NCBI RefSeq assembly: GCF_009914755.1
Contig: NC_060937.1
Source of the DNA: the human T2T-CHM13v2.0 reference genome, Homo sapiens
Reading direction: 5' to 3' (one strand)
DNA length: 64,000 bases
In this document: in pieces, positions 54,601 to 64,000 of the stretch
How positions within the stretch are numbered: position 1 is the stretch's first letter
Layout: each line of letters starts with the position of its first letter
Notes under the pieces: model-generated
Database searches by the model: none
What the model saw: the letters and a program-made list of their open reading frames with translations, nothing else
Told to the model about the DNA's origin: nothing
Made by a program: the position numbers and the translations under genes

Positions 54601-57107
54601 CTGGACAATGAATGCATCCAATTCTAAAATAGCCATGATATAGGAACTCAACAGGGTATGTTAGCATTACCATTTCTTGAGTAGTGTACGTGCTTAGCAT
54701 TTTGAATACATTATCTTAGTCAATCATTAAATACCCGTGAGGTAGTTATCACTGTGCTTACTCTACATACAAGAAAAAAATTGCAGAAAGAATCAGTCAT
54801 ATGCCAGAATGGATCAGTAATACAACTGATGTCGCACCTCTTTTCATGGTGGAACCAGACACCATGGCCAAGTTTGTCAGATTCTAAAACATTTGCCATC
54901 ACCCAGTGTGCCGAACTTTGAAATGAAAACTCCAACAGCTATCCTATCTGTTGGATCATCATAATGAGTTGCTGTTGAATCATCCATTTTCCTTCTTTGG
55001 AAATTATTGGCAAATAACAAATGAAAGACACTGAGCTTAGACCTTTTCAGTTATTCCAAAACCAACTTCGTTAGATTTACCTATATTGGGATTGTTCAAC
55101 AAAACAGCCATACGGAAAACCAGAAAGAATGGGAGGCTTGCCATGAAGTGCTGAGAACAATAGTTATTAGGAGGAGATACCAAAATATCACTGATACGTT
55201 GGAGAAAACGTTCCTGTTCTGATCCTCACATGTTAATACTACAGATGGACCCAGCTTAGCTGAGGCACGCTCTGTGCTTCAGCTGTTTACTTAAGCAGCA
55301 TCAGGGTTCTCAGAAATAGTTGCTATGCCAACCAGCCCCAGGACTATATATACATTCATGACCAGGGCTTATTCTTAGGGCTTTGTTACCTCTCTTTCAA
55401 AAGTTTGAATCTCTCATTGCTAAACTGCTTGCATTCACACATTACAGCCTCTGATAGTTGGGCAGCTTCCTTTTCTCCAGCACGTGAAAAACCCAAGTGG
55501 AGATTTGCAGGCTATGCTGAGCAACCTTATGACATCAGGATTTTATAGTCAGGAAAAAGACTGTTCTGTTTGCCCACGTCTCTGAAGATCTGGTGTCCAG
55601 GTGATAAAGGGCAAGGATCTTTGTCACCTATTATTAACTGTCACATGTGCACATTACCACAGAAGTTCTCAGAGAAGGAAGTAAAGTGGGCTTCTGGGTG
55701 CCATGATTGTCACGCTTTTTAAATTTCTTTACCACCTTTTTAATGGGACACATTTCAGAATAGCATCAGCCAACAAATTTGGCCAATCAATCCACCTCTG
55801 GTCTCCTGCTAGAGCTGCATTTAAATAAACCTGCAATGTGGAAAGCTGAGGAGAGAAAGCTCTTTAATTACCTTTTCTCCTGTTTATGTTACTTTGATGG
55901 CTTTTGTTCAAATGCATCTGGATTTTCAGTGTGCTTATGTTATAATTATTGGATGACTACATGCTGCACTGCCATTTCAATTAGATTTTGATGGCTGATA
56001 AAACCATTGTTGACAGGGAGTACGCAAATGAATTTGGGGAAACCAGATTAGTGATGTTTGTGTTGTTGCATTTAAATAAAACGAAGTGTCCTGGCAGCAA
56101 TGTGATCGAATCTGAAAAGTTTTTTTTTTATATAAAGAATAAGCAGCCCTGTGAGAAATCAGGTTTTCAACAGAGAAGCCGTTTCCTGTTGAGACATCAT
56201 TTTAAATCCTCAAGTGTGCAGCCACTTCTTCAAACAGTTTATAAAACCAAAAAACAATCATATAATCTCTTCTAACAAGAGGTTTTCAGCTAGACAGATT
56301 GCTTTAAAGGAGAATGAAGTAGAAAGAAAATCAAGATCTAAATACCGATAATACATGCTAAATCCATTTGAATTGATAAGGTAGAGAAAGCATGGTGATA
56401 AAGCTTAAGGGGTTAAGGCTTACGTTCACCCAAAAGATCAATTCCTAGGGAAGAAGAAAACTTGGAAACATTTCCATCTCCAATTAGCAACTAAAATATG
56501 GCAGATGAGGCAGAGTGGAAACAGACAGGCTATTTCCCCAGGAACAGACCTTGCTCAAGCAGGGCTCAGGCTTGCTTTGTTATCGATGTAACAACTGTGT
56601 GAATGACAATGTTTAAGTGCTAAAATATTTGCAAAAGGGAATCGGAATCTGCTGTTTCTTCCAAGTCATTAAAGCAAAGCCGGATAGTTGAAACAAAACA
56701 GAATCATGCGTAGTTGGCAAACTGAACAGAAAATAACATCCACACAGCATGCCCTTCTGCCATGTACTGTGCTCATTGCTATTCATGCACTATCACATCG
56801 CAACCACAGTGCAGCCTCCCCGCCTGGGAGATGTAGTACATACAGCTGGCCACTGGCAAAGCTGGGATGAAGACCCAGAACTTACCCAATGCCTGTTCCC
56901 TTAACCATTTGGCGGTAGTGGACTTTCCAGTTTGATTTCCTCTCATCCAGCATTTGAATTAGTCTACCATTTGTTGCTCTTCACCCTCCTCAGCTGAATC
57001 TGAGGTCTTCACCAGGAAACCTCAGTCAGGGTTAGAAGTGAAGAACAACTTAATGTTAAATGCCTTAAAGAACAAAAATTGGCATGCCTGGCTATATTTC
57101 ACATCTT

Positions 57108-57382
57108 CCTTTATTTTTTTAACTGACAAATAATGTCTGTACATAGCCACCACAGTGTTTTGATACATGTAATGTATAGTGATCAAATCAGAGTAATTAG
57201 CATATCCATCATCTCAAATTGTTATCATTTCTTTGTCTTGGGAAACTTTAATATCCTCCTTCTTGCTATTTGAAACTATATAATATGTTATTGCTAACTA
57301 GAGTCATCCTATAATGGTGTAGAACACTAGAACTTACTCCTATTTAGCTGTAATTTTGTATCCTTTAACAAATTTCTCCCTA
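57108..57382 (-). mobile_element. L1MA (MA4/5-like) 3' end
   Basis: gtgttttgatacatg...atgtatagtgatcaaatcagagtaattagcatatccatcatctcaaa...tagaacactagaacttactcct. Confidence 0.85.
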
Positions 57383-57419
57383 CGCTTTTCATCTTTAATT
57401 CAGATGTTTGTTGTACTAG

Positions 57420-57650
57420 AATAATTCCATCTAACAATTATGTGGTGTTTCAGTATGCTAAGCACTTTTGTGAGCACTTTATAGATGGTAAATCTAACTT
57501 ACTTGTCACAACAACCCAAAAAAGTAAGTACTCTTATTTCCATCATCTCCATCTTACCGACAATGAACAAGAGGGAGGAGGGGTCCCTCAGCTGTTAGGA
57601 GAAAGGCCAGATTCAGACCTAGGCAATCTTCGTACAGAGTCCACGCTCCA
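57420..57650 (-). mobile_element. MIR (diverged)
   Basis: tatgctaagcactttt...tcacaacaacc...ccagattcagacctaggcaatct. Confidence 0.5.
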
Positions 57651-58384
57651 GCCTGACAGTATTTACTGAGTCTATGAGGGTAACTGCGTGTGCTTACAAC
57701 TGTGCTTCATGTACCTCTAAGTGCTTGCATCTAATTGCATATTTCTGGTCTATGGAGCAATAAAACAACATTGCTTTTCTATTACCTGTTGTTTTTCATG
57801 ATTATTGCTAGTGGTAGTTGCTCAGATAAAAATTTGTTTCTAATTGTTATTAAATGTTATAGAATTACTGGTATTTCTACATACACACCAAAGGTATGAA
57901 TAATATATTTATACCATTTTCCAAGTAAATTACCTATATTCTCTACTTTCACTCTAAAGTAATCAGCTCTGTAAAAATCACATCTAGTTGTAAAAGTTTC
58001 CGCATTTACTTCCCAAATGTGCCCAGCATCTCATTTGGTCCTCACAGCAAGTTCATGAAGTCACGTAGATGTTGTTTTCTCAGAGTGAAAGACCAAGCAA
58101 CTAGGCATGGGAACATGGAAGACAATAGACAATAGGATCAACTCTGAAAAATACAGGAGGAAGAAGGAAAATGATGGAACCAATGACTAAAGGAAGTCAA
58201 GCTGGCTTGCCCACACCAATGAGTGAGCAAGACAGACACACTGCTCAAGATCCTAGAGAGGCTTAGCAGAGGCCTATCAGCCAAGAAATCACAATTACTG
58301 GGTTATGAAGACCATACTATGGGTTATGAGGAGATGCCAAACCCTCTAATCTTAAAGAACTTAGCATCAGAAAAAGGGACAAAT

Positions 58385-58811
<427 letters not shown>

Positions 58812-59137
58812 CTACTCCAGAAGATGACTACTGGTAAAGAAGATACAAAAAAAAAAAAAAACAGTGATTACTGGTAAAGAAATTATCAATATTAAAATTA
58901 TTTTTGAGAAAAAAATAAATAGCACAATGCAGTCATTAGATAAGATTCTTGAAATGAACCAGAGGACTTTGTTTTGATGAGTAGAACAATGCTGAGGTTT
59001 GAGGACTTGTAATCCAGTTGCTGCTGGAAGTTAGAAGTAATGTTAAAAGTTTCCATTATTTTAACTCAGGCCCAAGGTCTGAAATAGGAAAATTAGTTAT
59101 GAAGTTTGAGAGTAGCATGTATAAAGTATAAAGGTTA

Positions 59138-59231
59138 TAGAACGCAGAAAGTATAAGAAGTTACCCAGAAAATATAAGAAGTTTTAGAACCCAGAAAGTA
59201 TAAGAAGTTATCCAGAAGGTATAAGAAGTTA
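59138..59231. repeat. Small tandem repeat: 2 x 47 bp, each holding two cagaaagtataagaagtt-like cores
   Basis: tagaacgcagaaagtataagaagttacccagaaaatataagaagttt followed by tagaacccagaaagtataagaagttatccagaaggtataagaagtta. Confidence 0.85.
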
Positions 59232-61821
59232 GTAAGAGGAAAAGCTGTACTATTTTTGTTACTTGTTCTGTAGCAAGGCAGTTGGAGAAAAGGAGACTTT
59301 GATAATGGTAAAAATTCTATATTGTATTTTGAATATAAAGAAAACTGACTCTACCCGTTTTGTTCTTAGTCGCATATTTTTATGTTGGTGATAGATATGG
59401 CTTATTAATCGACTCTCCGGCTTGACTCTTCCTCCACCCCACCCTAGTCCTGAATAAACATCCCATACTTACGATAACTGAACAATACAAACCCAGATGG
59501 ATTGGGTTAGTGTTTATGTGTGAGAGCTATTTGGGGAAAATAAGAAAGCTGGCTCTTATCAACATGTTACAATGGAACTAGGAGACATACCACCAAAAGT
59601 ACCCAGAAGCCAGGCCAAGGAGTTATTTTGAGGGTGGGGCTAAAATAACTGCTTTCTCTACTTTTCATTTCAATTACAATCTACATAGCCTGTAGATAAA
59701 TTATAATTCAGAACCTGAGAAAATGCAGTTACACATCTTACCAGAATTTTGTTTAGTAGAGATGAACTTTAAAGCTTTCCTATTAAGTAGGTGCACGGCC
59801 TGGAGACAGTACGCCAATTTCCCTGGATGTCAATTTCTTCATCTGTAAAGGATGGGGTTGAATTGAGAAGAGGTATGGCCTCCAAGGAGATCAGCTAAAA
59901 CTGTGACTCTAGGCACTGTGTCATGCATAAGTGGTCTGCAACACACTGCAATACATTGATGTAATTCACTCACGCTGCTCTTTCATCGTGTGATAAAGGG
60001 AATCTGTCCAGGAAACAGTAGTACTCTTTAATAAAACCTGATTTTGCTGTGTTATTACTAACATTTTATTTTTTTATTTCTTTTTAAAAATGCATGTTTT
60101 TTTTCTTCTCACCAAATATAGTAATTTCTTCCTTTAAGAAGGAAGAAAGATGAATTTTCAGAAGGAAGAAACACAGCTTATATCCTACTTCAAGTCAGTT
60201 TCATTTTTTAAGACTTGCATTCGTTTGGTATGACATATTGATAATCAAACTGCAAAATTTCTAGGAAATATTCAATTCACTTCCTTACTCTCCTCTCCTA
60301 TCTACCTCTTCTCTCAGAGGAGATGAGACAAGGGTGAAGAGGAGAAAAAAGAGGAAAGGAAAGAAGAGGAAAATCTTTTCCAGGTTTCAAATGATCACAA
60401 TCAAAATAAAAGGCATGACAAACATTCTTCCCTTAAGCAGTCAGTCTGTAGTCTAGCCCTTCTTGAGTGCGTGTTTCTTGCCCCCTCCTCCTCTGCACTG
60501 ATTGCTCTGTCCACAATTTCACCCCCTGCTCCCCTCTAATCTCCCCATTCAGTTATATTTTCTTAGTGCTCTCTCTGCCCTCAGCATCTCTTCTGCGATT
60601 GCTCTGGCCTCCTTGGCTTCTCCAAGCTACCTCTGCTCCTCTGTTATCCCTCTCTTCTATTTCCTAACCCTTTCTCTGCCCTCCTCTGCTCTCTCAGCCC
60701 TTGTGATCTCTCTGGCCTCTGTAGCTTTTCCCATGATCACTCTTCTCTGTTTTTCTCTGTGATTTCTCTGCCCTCTCTGGCTTTCTCAGCTTTCTTTAGA
60801 AGTCAGAAAACCTCAAAAGGTTCAGAGATTAATTTCGGTTTAGATAAGCACCCAAACTTGGGAGTGCTTACGCCAATTCTTTACTGAAACTCTTTGGATC
60901 TAAAATCTCACTGGGAAGGTCGGCCTTAGAAAAGTTCAAGTACTTGGAATTTTATCAAGAGAATAATTTCCTTTCAAACATTGGCCTTTCTACTCCTTAT
61001 TTTCCGTAAGAGGAAAAGAAGATGGTCATTGTTTATTATGAATCATTTATCTTTTTTCACGTGATGTGAGCTATATGTGATTAGAGAGCCTGGTACACTT
61101 GGCACTGAGAAGGAAACTCAAGCATTCATTCATTCATTCAGTAATAATTTATTGATGACTACTATGTGCTGGAAATGCAGGAAGTTGGACTTTACTTCAA
61201 TCTCCATAAAATAATTACATATTTGCTTTCCATAAATATGCCTTATAGACCACATATCTTTTGTGCAACCTTAAATTCGACAGAAAATGACAAAAATGTT
61301 ACTGCATAAATCTTCCTACCACCCCTTGTTTCAACATCTAGAATTTAATTTAAATATTAGATATTGTTATTTACTTCCTGCAACTTTAACATATCTATTT
61401 CTATTATTCCTATTACAGAGCAGCTCAGGTGCTTTTAAGTAAAAAGCAACTTCCCCTTTCCAAGTCAAGCACAATCACCAGTGTTATGAGTTCATGCCAT
61501 AAACAATAAAGTCAAATAAGATAACAAAGGGAATTATTTTTGTTCAGTTTCTCCACCCAATATTTGAGACATTTATTTGTTTAACTTTTGTTTTTACATT
61601 TCTTGGGGAAACTGGAAAGCTGAATCTGTATAGTCAACCTCAGGCATAATTCCATAATCTGAAAATACTTGAAATGTTGAGCCAAATCTTAAGCTCTATC
61701 TGCTTTCCTACAAATATTTGGTCATTTGCTTATCTATCTCTTTAATATAAGAGTCCTAAAATGGTGTTGCATGGGCCATGTCAAAAGATGTGTTTTATTT
61801 GCCTGCAAAATATTTTTCTCT

Positions 61822-61988
61822 GCTTTTACCTGAGATGGGGTCTCACTGTGTTGCCCAGGCTGGAGTGCAATGGCTATTCACAAGTGCAGTTATAATGCAC
61901 TACAGCCCCTACCTCTTAGCCTCAAGCAATGCTTCCGCCTCAGCCTCCTGAATAGCAGGGATAATAGGCATGCACCACTGCACCTGGC
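61822..61988 (-). mobile_element. FAM (fossil Alu monomer)
   Basis: ggagtgcaatggctattcacaagtgc...gcactacagcc is the FAM/7SL-specific segment; degenerate TSD cctg(c/a)aaaatatttt. Confidence 0.85.
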
Positions 61989-62028
61989 TACCTGAAAAAT
62001 ATTTTAAAAGTCTAAATATGAATGTTCT

Positions 62029-62345
<317 letters not shown>

Positions 62346-63135
62346 CTAGGCAGGCTGGCAATCTACACCTTGCGACACTCTTCAGTAATATGAGTTGTCA
62401 CATACTTGTACCACTGCAGACATTTATATTACTCACCTAGTTCCCAAAGTATTTCAGTGTCTGATTCCTAAGCTGAGCTTATCTCACCCAAGTGGGAGGT
62501 GAGATATGGAGAGATGTGAACTTTTGATGATAACTGAAAACACTGTAACAATAAGTTTGTTGGAAATGTAGTAAGAAAATGAGAACATTGATTAAATTTC
62601 ACTCTGGCAAACCTTCTTCTTATGGATGGATGCATAAGGTAAACTAAAACAAAAAAGTCATTCTGTTTCTTAATAATTCCCAAGAAAGCCTTCTGTAGTT
62701 CTTAGGGATGAGAGAGCTTGCATATTTAGAGGAATTCACTCCTCTAATAGATACTAGCAAGAATATGCACTTTCTTTCAAGTGCATATTTCAAGTGAGGA
62801 TGCTGTTATCCAGTGCTAAATGTGGTTCAAGAATCAGGAAAATAATACTTATAAACCATCCCTGAAACAAAATTACATAATTATTAGGCCATATTTTATG
62901 GTGTGGTGAGGTCAGGCCTGAGTACAAAAGGGCAGTGGCATGACAAGAATTTGTCCATTTCCTTAATTCTGGCAGAATCCTACCTACATACAGAGTCTCA
63001 CCCATAATTGCAAGCTTCAGAAGATCAAGGGGCCAGGGATAAGTTGTACATAGACTTGATATGTGTGGCCACCTCACTTAAATCTGTATCAGGATCTTAA
63101 ATTGCATATCTGTGTTGAAGAATGGCAGAGTGGAG

Positions 63136-63608
63136 TGCAGTAAAGGATTAACCTTGTCCATATTGAGGTTTGGTCTTTGCCCTCAGATCCTGAGAGGTAA
63201 CCTTTAAGCCCTTGGAATGTTTTGTTGATAAGAGTGTCCTTGCTTACCTGGGGCACTTGGGCCATGCCAAATAGTCTAAGTTTACAATATGACCTAGAGT
63301 GGGGAGCCTAGGTCTGTGTGATATTAGCTCAACCTCTTGGAGCCTAAGCTAGGTCATGCAGGGGTCAACCATGTCTACATGACTAAGTTCCAGTAACCTC
63401 TGGACAGCAAGAATCAGGTATGCTTATATGGTTGGCAGTACTCCGTGTACATTGCCATACATGTTGTTGAAATAAATAGACACTATCCAACACAAATCCA
63501 CTGGGAGAGCCAAAGTGGAAGCCCCATGCCTTATCCACTGGACCCTGCCCTATGCTCCTCTTTCCCTCCAATTTTAATCTGCATCCTTTTGTTGTAATAA
63601 ACAGTAAC
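63136..63608 (+). mobile_element. ERVL LTR, MER77/MER21/MER68-like (interrupted at 63609)
   Basis: ggtctttgccctcagatcctgagaggtaacctttaagcccttggaatg...gataagagtgtc...ggaccctgccctatg...ttttaatctgcatcctttt...gtaataaac. Confidence 0.75.
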
Positions 63609-63784
63609 TGATATGGTTTGGCTCTGTGTCCCCACCCAAATCTCATGTTGAATTGTAATCTCCATGTGTTGAGGGAGGGACCTGGTGGGATGTGATTGGA
63701 TCATGGAGGTGGTTTCCCTCATGCTGTTTTTATGATAGTGAGGGAGTTCTCATGAGGTCGGATGGTTTAAAAGTGGCAGTTTCT
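63609..63784 (+). mobile_element. MSTA-like MaLR LTR, 5' part
   Basis: tgatatggtttggctctgtgtccccacccaaatctcatgttgaattgtaat...gagggagggacctggtggga. Confidence 0.9.
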
Positions 63785-64000
63785 GTCGGGTGTGGTGGCT
63801 AACCCCTGTAATCCTAGCACTTTGGGAAGCCAAGGTGGGTGGATCACTTGAGGTCAGGAATTTGAGACCAGCCTGGACAACATGGTGAAACCCTGTCTCT
63901 ACTAAAAATACAAAAATTAGCTGGGCTTGCTGGCATGCACCTGGAATCCCAGCTACTCGGGAGGCTGAGGCTGGAGAATCACTTGAACCCAGGAGGTGGA
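63785..64000 (+). mobile_element. AluS, running off the right edge
   Basis: gtcgggtgtggtggctaacccctgtaatcc...gaacccaggaggtgga. Confidence 0.93.

Noticed and set aside
59120-59231. CRISPR-like repeat-spacer array
   Set aside because: Primate DNA, spacers of only 3-8 nt, and no cas genes; it is a simple tandem repeat.

Overview
This is gene-poor, AT-rich primate genomic DNA. AluY, AluS, AluJ and FAM copies point to a catarrhine, probably human or ape; I cannot name the locus. I find no credible protein-coding gene, CpG island, rRNA, tRNA or CRISPR array. The supplied ORFs are mostly Alu, LTR or low-complexity artefacts. About half the window is interspersed repeat: roughly 22 Alu-family copies, MaLR LTRs (THE1/MST, MLT1), ERV1/ERVL solo LTRs, L1 3' ends, L2, MIR, CR1/L3 and DNA transposons. 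Repeat families were assigned by eye from remembered consensus sequences, so subfamily names and the boundaries of old elements are approximate. The most notable observations are: (1) a ~135-bp-arm fold-back at 16003-16606, split by an Alu, which ends exactly at the 5' junction of a truncated L1; (2) a 33-nt tailless U2 snRNA retrocopy with a perfect 14-bp target-site duplication (TSD); (3) two Alus with no tail and no TSD; (4) three isolated candidate exons; and (5) several repeat-free blocks that look like enhancers. I see no convincing evidence of a new biological system. These are local structural and regulatory hypotheses that need checking.
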